Source: Camelus dromedarius (lineage: Eukaryota). Taken from it: a stretch of DNA of 64,000 nt. This document shows, in pieces, positions 10,827 through 24,000 of the stretch (positions are counted from its first letter, which is position 1; every line of letters starts with the position of its first letter). Both the position numbers and the translations under genes were made by a program. The notes beneath the pieces were generated by a model, which saw only the letters and a list, made by a program, of their open reading frames with translations, ran no database searches and was not told the origin of the DNA. The stretch covers positions 45,262,001 through 45,326,000 of the forward strand of contig NC_087436.1 in the NCBI RefSeq assembly GCF_036321535.1, read 5' to 3'.

Positions 10827-13800
10827 CTGTAAAAGAGAAGGAAATAATTAAGAATGTAATTTTAAGCCCAATTATTCTTCAAGAATTTTATTTACGCTCT
10901 GGATTTGTTTCCTTCTTCCCAGGAAATTCAGTATCACGGCACAACATGGAGATATATCTTCTGGTGCATCATTTAGCCCATCTCTCAGATTAGCAATCAT
11001 CACTCACAGCTTTTGGCCACCTGGCAGCACGCTAATCAAGCAAAAGAGGCCCTGACATATTGGGGAAGGAGAGCAGCACACTGGTGGCCAGTATGCCCTG
11101 TCTGCTTCTGTTGGTTTCTCCGTTTTCTGCATGTTCCCCAATGTGTTCCCTGGAAACTCTGGTCTGTGGAATGAAGGCTTTGCTTAGCCTTTCACTTCAT
11201 GAGTCTGCAGTATTTTCATATATTTTCAGTTCACTTATTAAGGACTCATGAAAAAAACCTCTGTTAAACTTGGTTCTGTTTTAGCTCTTCCCTCCGCAAC
11301 CCTCCCCCAAACTCAACTATAGTAGCATTTGCTTTTTACAAAAATAAGATTTTGTTTCTTAACACACAGAAGAATGTTAATATTCCAATATCTAATACAC
11401 AGATGTTGAAAATTCATGCAGTATCTATTTGTCCAACATTAATGAACATTCTCCCATTCCCTTGGGAATTGAGATATTAGAAATCTGAAAGATTTGGGTT
11501 TAGTTTTGAAATTCCAAAATTATGAATTCTGAAAGGAATTAAACCTTGACTAGCCTATTCTGGAGTTACATTTACCAGAAAAGGGGAGACTTAAGCATTC
11601 ATATTTTGGTAAACTGAATGGTCTTGTGGCCTCACCTTTCTCAGCTTTTGAACTTTGTTTCTTGGTTATTTGAGTTTTTTTTCAGTTTAGAAAAAAAATA
11701 GGTGTACATTTCATTAGGGATAAGAATTATTTCTTTCTCCTTGTCTTCTGGGATCTTAATAGAGACAATACCATTTCTATTTGAAAAAAAATTCTCTTCC
11801 TTCCTAGACAAGCATAGAGGAATTTATGTTCATACCTGCCAGAGCTGTAGTTCAGTGTTGAATGGCTCTGCTATCGTGACAATCCGGCCAAGGTTTCTGT
11901 CATTGATTGTATATCTGAAGAGAAATTTAGGGGAGTAAAAGGGAATATAAGTGCCCAGAACTTTAAATCATTTTTCTAGATGCAGACATTCCTTTTTATT
12001 GTGCAGGGTTTTTGTTTGTTTGTTTGTTTTTAAGTAATTTTCAAAGAAAGGAAAACACAGGAAGTAAAGTATCTAATTTAATTCTATTCAGGAGAAATTC
12101 TCAGCAAATTCTACACTTATTTTTGTAGACAGATCCACACCACTTTCCCAGATATGGTAGACTGCTTATTGTATTCCTCAAATCTGTTCTCCTTTTTCCC
12201 CTGCACACATGAGAACCCCACTCAGATTACATTTCTCAGCCTTCCTCATAGCTAGATGCAGCCAGGTGACCCAGTTACTATCAGTGGAACATGAACAGAA
12301 GTGATATGTTCAGCTTCTGCCTCTTGCTTAAATAAAGGGAAATTGCTTGGCTTGGACTTCTTGTTTTCTTTCTCCCCCTCCTCCAAGCTTCAACCTCACA
12401 GATAGAATACAATCCTAGGCCGCATGGAGCAGAATTACCCTAACAGCTTAGAATGTTCACTTCAGGAGGCTAACCTGAGTGAAGAAATAATTACATATGT
12501 CCTTTAAGCTGCTGCATTTCTTTCTTTCTGTTACAGCGGAATAGCTTCATCACCTTTATTGTAAAGGTACAGAAATTTGAATATAGGGTATTTATTCTGT
12601 TTTCAAAAAGCTTTATTAGCTACCTGCATTTTTGGAGTTATAATCTATGTGAGCCTGGCAAGCAAAGACACTTGAAGCTAAGTGCAAAGATAGCACTTTA
12701 GAGATGATATTCTATTCCTGTCCCTTTTGGATTTTCTCTCTTAAAGAGCAAGAATCAGAAATTTCCATATAGACCAAAATACAAATGATTGTAATACAGA
12801 CAAAAACTTCATCCTGACTAATCACAGTGTAAGGAAAACAACCACAAGAATTACGTATAAACCTTACTGTTGGAATGTTGGAGAAGGATAAAAGAAAATA
12901 TATCAGTATATAAAGAGGTAAACAAAACAGTAGGAGAAATTTTACATTTAAAACTTATTACATAAAAGCAGAAATCATGAAGATAAAACCCAATAAAGTC
13001 TGTTGCAGACACATTAAAAATTTTATTCTAAAAACAGTGCCATAAAATTAAAAGTCAAAATTTATTATTTTGTTGTAAAAAGAGCAAATATGTTCCCTAT
13101 ATAAAGAACCCTTATAGATTGGCAACAGGGAGAAATATGCCAACATGAAGTTAGCAAAGGAATGAATCAGCAGTTTGCAAAAGAAATACAAAGAGAAAAT
13201 GTACCAGTTGAAACAGGAAATGTTCTAATAGTTATCCATGATTTCAGTGTTCTAGATGCAATACTTACTCTTATCACACATACCATTGAATTTAAATCCA
13301 TTTTGTTTTTTATCTTTCTTCTCTTGGAAGTCTAAGGCAAGCTGTTACCCTTTACTTACTGGCATCAGTCATTATCCACAATATAATTCTCTCAGGCATC
13401 TATACTCAACACTGCCTCTGTAATGTCTGTACCTCCTTACCTCTGACTTAGCCATCTAAAGCTCCCCAACCTCTCAGGCCCTCCACCCAGCCCTCTGGAA
13501 CTACTCCTTTACAGGGAATACTCCTACTCATTTGGAGAATGTTTATTTCCCCACATCCTCCATAGCATCAGGTCAGAAAGGGAGGTGGTGTGGTCATGCT
13601 CCTCATTGTGGATTCCAAATCATTATTCCTCCACTCTCTTTAAGAACCTCTGTTCCTTCAGATTATTTCCCCTCACCTCATTTATGATACATGTTGGCAC
13701 TTGGCTCCTGGTGGTCTGCTCTACTCCAGGCCATGATTTCAAGGTCCACATTGGTGGTGATATATACAGCTTAGCTCCTTAGTTTCTTGACCTCCTCAAT

Positions 13801-16800
13801 TCCAATGATATTTCTCCATTCTACCTCAGCCACCAATTCCCATGGTCATACCTTGTGATTATCCATAAATACTCTGCCTCTAAGATGATTAATTTGTGCA
13901 TGCTCCATGATATAATTTCCCTTTCAGTTTCCACTATGGCCATTTTTTGACTTTATCTGGATTTCTGGCCCCCTTACCATCCCTACCCCTACTTTTTCCG
14001 GAATCATCAGCTCTTCCCTTTTCGTTCACTTACTTCTTTCTATAGTTTAGATTCCATGGTCTGTCATTGTCAGTAACATTTTTTCCTAAGCCCTAAAAAC
14101 TCCTTTATATTTTAATAATTTGTGTCTCGCAAAACTCCAGCTCAGAATTAAATCAACTGCCCATTTCCACTGTTTGTACCAGGTGGACTCGTTCTGTCAA
14201 GGGAGGTCACCCAACTTTCCCCATATTGTTTCACTATCAGTTTATGGATATCAGTCATAAAAGGGCCCTCTACATTGACAAGCCTACAGTACCCTAGCGA
14301 ACTCACTCTCTTCCTCTTTGAATGCTTTTTAAAAATGTTTTCACTCTCTTACAGCTTCCAAACATTCCCCCTCTTCCCTCCATCCCTACAAAAATAACCC
14401 TGCCTTCTAATTCAGAGAGAAAATGTATAGTAGCTCCTACATCTTTTAGCTTACAGACATACACATGTACCTGTTTTCCTCCTATCGTCTGTGCTTTGGT
14501 TCCTGTTTCTCCCCTGCTTTCTCAAAAATTTTGTTTTTTAAAAAATCTTTTTTTCTGTCTTACACATTAAATCTCTCATTCATCACTGGATCTTTTTCAT
14601 CAGCTTCTAAGTATATTAAACATATTAAAATATCTTCCATAAAGAAAAGGAAAAATAATCCTCTGCCTTGATCTGGCATCACTCTTAATATTCTTCTTCT
14701 CACTTCCTCATCCATAGTGAAACTCTTCAAGAGACTTCTCTATTTTTCTTGTTTCCATCGTCTCACTGCTTACTGATATATTGATTTGCTTAAATTTGAG
14801 TTCTGCTTCCCATCACTCCACTGAAAAACTCTTTTTAGAGTTACCAGTAGTTGTTATGCTGATAAATTTTTTAAATGGGCATTTTTTTAAGTCTTGGATT
14901 TAATCAAAACTTAAGCAGCATTTGACAGGGGACTGTAACTTCCTTGAAACCATCTCCATTTTAACATCTCAAAAGAGACTCAAAGGCATCCTATGTAGCA
15001 AACTGGACTCATTGTTCTCTTTCTATAAACCTTATGTTTTCTAGAAATCTAGATATTAGAAGTCACTTTGCTTGTCTCCCATTTCTAATCTACCAGGTTC
15101 TGAATGTTGCTCTTATCTCTTCATCTTCACCATCACATCCATAGTCCAATCTACCACTGTTTTGTGGGACTACTCCAATAGCTCTCTAATTGCTTTCCCC
15201 AGATTCACTCTGGCCATCATCTAAGTTTGTACTTTACCACCAGAGCTTTCTTTTTTATGTAAAATTGATTATTTTACTTTATTACTTAAATCCTGTAGTG
15301 ACTAATAATTGCTCTTAGAACAAAAGCCCAAATCTTGATGTGACCCTGAAAAGCTTGGTCCTTATCTTTCCTCTTTTCTGATAGTAGGCATTCAGCCAGG
15401 AATGTTTCACCTACTGTTCATCTAATTCACTCCTGCCTGTCCTTCAGAATTCAGCTCAGTCATCACTCGCTTAGGGAAGCCCTTAACCTCCAACTTCTCT
15501 TGACTTGGTTAGTTTCTGCATTACTCTTTCAGTGCCCTGAACCTCTTCTATGTGTAGTTATTATAGCTTTAAGTATACATGTATTTGTGTGACTATTTAC
15601 TTAATATTGATGTCCATAACTAAACACTAAGGACACTGAGGACAGAGAATCAGATCTGATTTACCTTGAATACTATTGTATGTTCACTGCCAAGTGCTGT
15701 GCCCAGCACATAGTAGATGCTCCACAATATTTACTGGATGAAAGAATTATAATTTAAAATGACATATCAGTTTTCATGTACTCAATTAGTAAGGATGTTT
15801 TTTAAATGACAGCACCGAGTATTGGCAAGGGGTGGAAAAATAGGCAAAATTAACAGCAAATTTTTTTTCTGGGTGATAGTTTTGCAACATTTATCAGAAA
15901 AAATGAACACATCCTTTAACATAGCTGTATTTTAGTATTATTTGTATCCTAAGGAAATTGTCAAGGTCATTCAAAGAGATTCAGTTTCAAAGTTATTCAT
16001 CAATACATTATTTATGCAGTGGAAAGTTTGAAACAATTTTATTATCCAACAGATGGAGATCAGCTAAATAAGGTAAGATATATCTATACATCGAAATATG
16101 ACTGAGCATTAAAAATAACATTGAAGAAGTATACTTAAAGATATGAAAAGATATCCACAAGATACAATACAGGATGACGTGGAAAAAAAAAACCAGTTAT
16201 AAAAACATATGCCTAATATGATTCCATTTCTGTAAATAAATAAACAGCCATAGAAAAATAACCCAAGGGAAAACAGCAATGAGACAATAGGAATTATTTT
16301 TAGGTTGTGGAATTATAGGTGACTTTTGTATCCTTATTTTTGCTTATCTGCATTTTGTACAAAACAGTACATACCCATTTTATAATAAGAAAATGGAGGC
16401 TTTAAAGAAGGAAATCATACTAAGTTTCTGTAATGATACTCTATAGATTCAAAGAAAATCTGTTGTAACAGGTAAGAAAGCAATTTTTCCAGTGACTTTC
16501 TATAATTCCTATAATATTCCTCCTCTATTTTGTTCTTTGTGACTAAAAATTAAAGAATATATGTAGAAACTAGCAATGAATATACTGAACACAAACTGCA
16601 ACTGCCTGTATAAATACTAGAAATATAAAAACAAAATATATTCATCCCAAGAAACCAATATCATATAAAGTATACCATTTAAGAGGAAATATGCTGTATA
16701 TTTATCATACTGATTACTTCTAAAACTAAAATAAGGATTTAATTATATCTTAAATATTTTGAAAAGTAATTATATAAAATTATCTTCTTGAACTTAGTAT

Positions 16801-18027
16801 TTACCTACTATTATGTTATCCAAAAGAAATGATTTTGATGCACACAAAACTTTTAAGTTCTCATTAAATTATTTTGTTTATGAGGTAGTGTTAAATGATT
16901 TCAATCATATCCCATTGACTTAATTTTTCATTCATAGTCATAAATTAAAATCAGACTTTATCACACCACACTATACTGGCTTATCAAGTTCACAGTTTCA
17001 TGGAAGAGTTTACCGGAATAAATAAAAGCAAATAATAATTTCTGAAGTATCTTTGGAGCTTTGTGGTGAAGTCTCAAACTAGAAAGGACATTAGTGGTGT
17101 GGCCATCTGCTATCATAAAAATCACATAACAAAAGCTTTATATAAAATCATGCTTACTTATTTTAGGATGACAATAAATTGTTCAGAAACAGAGGCAGTA
17201 AAACCACTCATTCTGAAGTCTGGAAAATGTTTAAGAGTGTGGAAATATTTGGAAAGTGCTTGGCTCATTTCTGTTTAATTTGTCATATCCAATTTTAATG
17301 GGGAAATGATATTTGTTCAAACTGACCATAATAGTGGGTGTTTTTTTGTGTCTGATATGTGGTTAGTAAGTCATTTTATGTTTGAGTCTATTTGAAATGA
17401 TACCTCATGAGAATTAGATCATTAGGCTCTGAAGAAATATTAAAAGCCTTGGGAGAGGGTTTTGGAACTAGTACTTGAAATAGCTTATCAATTATTTTTC
17501 TTGAAAAAAATTTAGTATTCGTTCTAATAGGTTAATTTAAGGCCAGCAATTCATGACTTTCATGACAATGTAACATCTGTTTTTCCTAATTCTTAATTTT
17601 TTAAAAAGTATAACAATGAACTAATTTTTAAAAATGAAACGTGAATTGTTTGAACTAAATCACACCAGGGTTACTCAAGTAGGCCTTGAGAAGTATTCTG
17701 TTTAATAAACAATAAGGAAATGCTCATTTTATTACACAAAACAGAACATTATTTACTTATATTTTCACAATAATTTTGTAGTAAGCATTGTTATTCATCT
17801 ATATAGGTTTCTTGCTGCATATACTAAAAAAGTTTTATAGTCTTCAATTAAAACAAAATATACAGTACATAACATTAGACATACATCTTTCAAAATCTTT
17901 CATACTACCTTGCATAATGCGAACTATTATCTCCAAATAACATGTTCTCAATAGGTAGATTTAATTCTAAACTAAACATTTTATTGAAACAATTATAAAC
18001 AGATGAACAAAACAACATATATATACA

Positions 18028-18065
<38 letters not shown>

Positions 18066-21000
18066 GCATGCCAATCAATCTTCATAGATTGACTCAATCA
18101 TTGCAAGAATAGAAGAGGCAAAAATTTATCACAAATAAGAAAAAGCAATGTAGGGTGTCTTGGTTGAGAGTTAGAGATATAATCTGGATCTCAGAAGGAT
18201 AAGAAATGTGAATGAACATAAAGGCACACTGGTGAATTGTAGGGTAGAAAATAGAGTAGAAATAAAAGTTTTCTTTGCAGTTAGTATTTCTGATAAGGTG
18301 GTCATTATCTAGTAGGCAGTGCTGATGGGGAGATAGGAGAGATGAGAAGGAGATGACAGAAGCCATTTCCTGGTGTGTGGATTACAGGTGGTATAGGTCT
18401 TTGGTCAATGTTTACACATTTATTTGGGACATATAATTTATATTCTATTTTATACTTTGTCAAAGAAATACCTTTTTAATGGAAATAAGCAGTAAATTTA
18501 GAGGATCAGGGCCAAGAGTAGCAATATTTCTTCTGTACGGGGCTGAAGAAGTAAGAAATTTAGGAAAGCATCTCTTAAGCTAATTTGCTCATCTCTTGTC
18601 CTTGCTATTTCTCATTTTAAAACTGCCATTGCCTGGGAAATATAATTCCCTTTAAAGAAAGTTTCAGAATATTTAAAGTTTAATTATCTGGTTAAGGGAA
18701 GTAAAAGTTATTATCTATATAAACTCAGTAAGATATAGGGTTCTAATGTGAATCCAGGTCCAGAAGTTCTTATTTAATTTTCATTAAAAATTAATTGAGA
18801 ATGAAACATGTACCTGGTATTATGCTAGGTGCTAGCACATTAAACAGAATTATATTAACTTGTTTTAACCAAATGAAAAATAATGTGATTTAGGCATCTT
18901 TCCAGATTTCAGAATTCTATAGGTCAGTTGGAAACATTACTTTCCAGAAAAGGAATTATGCCTAAAATTAACTAGTGTATTGCTTCCCTGGAAGGATAAT
19001 ACCCTGATCCTTTACCTCTGGTAATACGCCATTTCAAATATTGTAAAGATGTCAGAGAAAGTACAGAAAAGAGAAAAAGGAAGAATTTATAGATGATATC
19101 AAGGAGAATAACAAACCATTATTTGATCATCCCACCTGTTGACTAGATATTCCCAGTTGAGCTGTATCCAATTCCAAGCCATAGTCTTCCCATAGCTGTT
19201 GTATGAGATATATCGAATGACTGTAAACACATCCTGAGTTTTAATAAGATTTGAGTCCTTGAGCAAATCCAAATACCTAAGAGAAGCCAATCAGAAAAAT
19301 AATTCAAAATAAACTTTTAATGTTCACCCTTTGCTAAATTCCAATAAGACACAGCTTTCATTTCAGTAATTCAATTCTTGAGTCACCAACTGACAAAATT
19401 AATTAAGACAAATGATAGACCACAATTTAATATTTTCTAAAATATTTAACTTTTTTTAAAGAACAACCTATGATTTTGAGGACTAGTGAAATGTAAACTA
19501 TAGAAACATTAAAAATTAAATTACTTTGGAAGTACTAAAGACAATTTAAAACCTACAATTTTAACTATTAATTTTCAAAAAATTATTTGTATTTATTGCA
19601 TAGAAGTAGTTCATCGATTTACCTGTGATCCCATTAAACTAAAAAAAGGAACCAGTAAATTAAAGGAAAGTACTTATACTCATATTTATATGGGGTAACA
19701 GTTAAGTTTTATTTGCTGTTCCCTAGATTGGAAAAAACAACTTTCTAATGTAGTCTATATGATTAGATTAATTGGCTAAAATTATAGTATAATGCAAATA
19801 AGTCCAAGATAAATTAAGTAATAAATTCAATAGATTTTTATTAAATTTATGGCATGGCTGTACCAAGAGGGAATATCTCAATATACTCTAGACCATTAGA
19901 CTTTCAGAAACTGCACTAGAGTGGGCTCCTGAATTTTGTACAATTTATCTTTTATCCTCTAGTTCACAAGAATCTTAGTAAGGCATCTCAGTACTGGCTA
20001 ATTTTCTCACCATATACAATCAGCACAATGCCATCAAAGTAATGGATCAATTATGATGTTTTGTGGAATGTTGAGATGATCAAGTTCTTTACAGACTATC
20101 TTAGGGCAGAGAGGAGAATTGGAATATAGCTCTGAGGCAAGATGGTGAAAGTGTATTGTTGACCCTGCTAAGTAAAAGCAAATTGCTTCTGGTAGTTCTT
20201 TCAAATTGGTTACTGCATTGTAATTTACTATTTATATTCTGCCTCTCCCATAAACCTATAAGTTTCTCAAAGATATATATCATTATTACTTATTTTTATT
20301 CCTACAATCGATATACTTAGACATAGAAAGGACATCATAAGTTTTGGTTAAATGAATGAAGTAAGTAACTCAGATACCATAACTAAGCAAAAAATGCATA
20401 AGGCAAAAGCTAGTTGATTTGGGGCATAGTTGTGGAGTGGGAGAAGATTCATAGATAGGCTTCAAGCAGTCTTTGTACCTTCTGAGTGGAATGTAAATAC
20501 CTTTGTGTGTGTGTGTGTATGCATGTTGTGACAGATACTCCTTCTCTGCTGACAGAGACTAGTTTTGTTCTGGGCTTGGATCAAGATATTCTTGATCCTA
20601 GGGAAGGGAGACTCTTACCCCCGCCTCAGAGTATCATGATTGGCTCAAATCAGTCAAAGGAATTCAAGTTCACCCTAGTTGGCAAATGATCAAGTGGTCA
20701 GCCCAGACTATAACCCAGAATGATCCAGGGTGACCCAGTTCTGGATTATGAGAGGAAGTGGAGATAACTGACCTCTTAGCATGAAAGGCAGAACCTTATG
20801 AGGAGGAACTCTTTTGCTCCAGTCCTTCCATTGAACATATTTATGTGAAGACAAGATGTTTGGAGCTCTGGAAGACCTAAGACATCCAAGCATGTTGAGG
20901 ATGGCAGAAAAGAAAGAGAAAGAGCCTAGGTCCTAGAAGAAAATGTGAACCATTGTGCACAACTGGAAACTACCTACTTCCAGAATTTTTTCATTTGCAA

Positions 21001-24000
21001 TTATATGTCTTTATTGTTTAAGCCACTCTTACATGCATATTTTGTTTCTTGCTAGAAAAATAATTTTAAAATAGATTTTATTGGAAACATATCATACTTT
21101 AATTAGCATCTTAAAGAGACTGAGACCTATAATCAAATACCATTCATATAATTTTTTAAAAAGCTCCAACTTACCTTGACAAAAGAGTAACATTCTTCAC
21201 GGATGCTAATCCATATAGTAGCTTTTCTTTTTCTTGAGCTAATGAAGTTTTCTCGTATTGCTCAAGAGTGTAGTTCCATGAAGTCTCATTGCCAGAGTTC
21301 TGCATTCCATACCGATATACCAGAAGCCTGAGGTTTACAGGAAGACTAGAAGAAGAAGTGGTGTTTCAGAGATTTTAACTCCTCATTTCTCAGTTTAAAG
21401 TCTTCTAGAAATGAAAAAATGATGAACAGTCACCTTAAAGTCCCAGTTAGCCACTTCTGAAATAACTGGGAAGCATTGTTCAAGGCATCACTGTCTCCCA
21501 TCTTGCATGCAAGCCCTAACACAGAGGCACGGAGTAACCTAAGATAACAAACAGAGAGCTGGGGCCTTAAGCACTTTTCAACATGTCTTAACACAAACAC
21601 TAAATGAATATTAATTTTAAAAAGGTAAAAAATAACTTTGTGATATGGTCTCCAGTGTCATCCCATCCCAGAGAATCTGCAGTGGGCTTCACTTGATCTC
21701 GGAAGTATTTCTGAAATAAAAGCACCATGCACAATGAGTAATAATATACTATTTATTAAGTCTCCTGTTTATTATAATCTATAGCTCACCGTTGTAATAT
21801 TTTCCCCTACAAGTTTAGAGAACTTTGGGCCTGTCCTTAGGCAAGGGATGTATTCAGTTCTTATCACATTGCAATTTTACTTTATTTCTAAAGATAAAAA
21901 CATCCTGGATCACTCCCTAATGGTTTATAGAGCTTTGGGTAAGCCCCTTTTAACCTCCACTTCTTAGTTAACATTTGTAATAAACAGAAAAACATCTGAC
22001 ATACTTGCTGCACTAAGGAAGATTGCTCAGGTATTGATGAAATAATACTAACTAGTATTTGTATATTGCCTTTGGACTTACAGAGGACATTTATATTTTA
22101 TGATCCTCACTATCACATTACCATAGGCAGCCAAGTGCTGATGTTATGTACAAAGGAAATAAAGACTCACAAATATGAAACCATTTGTCCCAAATTCTTT
22201 TGTAAAGAAAGTGGAAGAACTAGAAATTGGAATCCAGAATTTGTTTAAAATTACAAATGTCCTGCCAAAGTGCTACAGAAGTCACAAAGCCAAGAAAAAT
22301 ATTTAGGATGACTATCTTATAATAAAATCTCAATGTACAATTAACAGCAGTAAGAATACAGAAAAATGGTGTTACATTTTGATAAGAATAAATTCATTTT
22401 AACAGATAAATCAATTTAAAATAGGATCTAGTTCATATCTGTGGTCTAAAATGTTATCTATTTTAAGTAAAATATGAGTTAATTGTATTCTTTCGAACAC
22501 TAAAATACACCTTAAAGTGGTATATTGAACCAGAAATACTGATACATTTTAAGTTAAAAAAAATAGCATCTCTTTGGTTTAATTAGTCAAGTCATTGTAA
22601 TTTCCTTTTAATTCACTTGGAAGGCAAGATATGCTTTTGTATCTCCCAGGAGCTCCCTTTCAGAAATCTTTCCTGCTAATGGCTAAACATCTACTTTCAT
22701 AAGATATGGCATTAACCATACCTCAATCATAGGGTATATCTCTGTATCATCTTCAAACATGCTAATGATATAGGTTACAGATGAAATGACTCGCTCCCAT
22801 GGTAAAAAGTCTTCTTCCATTTTGAGATACTTGGTCAAGTTCAGAGCCTCCTTATAATTTAGAAGTTGAGCTCTAAGAAATTAAAAAAAAAAAGCCCACA
22901 GTTAATTAAAAACCATAGACTAGTTTCCTTTGACTGTAAGTACTAATATAGGGATTGTAGACTTCAGTGTTAATGAGAATCCTCCCATTAAACAATTAAG
23001 AAAACACATTACTGTTGAGGCCCAATCAAAGAGGTCTGTTCACAATGATGTATTAGTGCTTTTGTACATTCAGTAGTAAAAGGGAAGACAGAACATTAAG
23101 GTGTGCATTTGAAAAATTGCTAAGGCAAAATTTCAGATAAAAGCCATTTAGCTGTATGGTTAGTATTGACAAGTAGAAACTTAAATTTTAGGTTCACAAG
23201 CTCATTATAATATACAAATGCACCATTATAAGTGTATCTTACTGATTTTTTTACATTTGATATGAATAAGAAATATAAAGTTTTCATGAATGCTTAAAAC
23301 ATTCGAATTGAACTTGTGTTCCCCATGAAAACATCTTTTTTATACATTTCCCAGTAATATTGATAAATAAAAATGGATTTTGTTCCTCAAAAATGAAGTT
23401 ACTACTAACACTTCGAAGTTTAAAGAATCCAATTTCTTCTTCCTTAGAAAAGATTCTAGAACCTTTTGAAATGATGTTCTCAGAAAAATCTGCTATTCCT
23501 CAGAATTGAGCCGAGGTTTCGGAAAGAATCTTAGATGGGAATCTTGTCTTTCCAAATTACATTTTGAAAGTTTGAAATAAAGTAAGACCTTTAAGTTACT
23601 GAATTAGCAATACTGATGCATTGAGTGCTGTTCTGTTTGAAGTCATTTTGTGAATGAAGAATGATGTAATTATATCTTGACTTCTCTCCCAGCAATTGAT
23701 TAGAGGATGAACTGGTATTGGAGAGAGAAATAAGAATAAACACCTTTGGCATCATATGATTTGTACTAATGTGACATGATACAGAGTTTGTTTTTAGTTC
23801 AGAGAGCTGATTTCTTCTATTTTCTCAATTCCTGATCTTATTTAGAAGGATTTCTATTTTGGAGCATTCGGCCTCCCTTAATAAGAATATAAATAATATA
23901 TTGAGAAATGTAGTGTCTTATTCAGAGTGTTTATTGAGTGAAAAATTATAGAATTTTGTGCTGGCATTTGAAACTTGAGAATTTTCTAATTTTAATGATT

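Noticed and set aside
11012..11092. Inverted TGGCCACC/GGTGGCCA CTCF-like half matches; similar weak matches at ~9484, ~32598 and ~62589
   Set aside because: Each has two or more mismatches in the high-information core.
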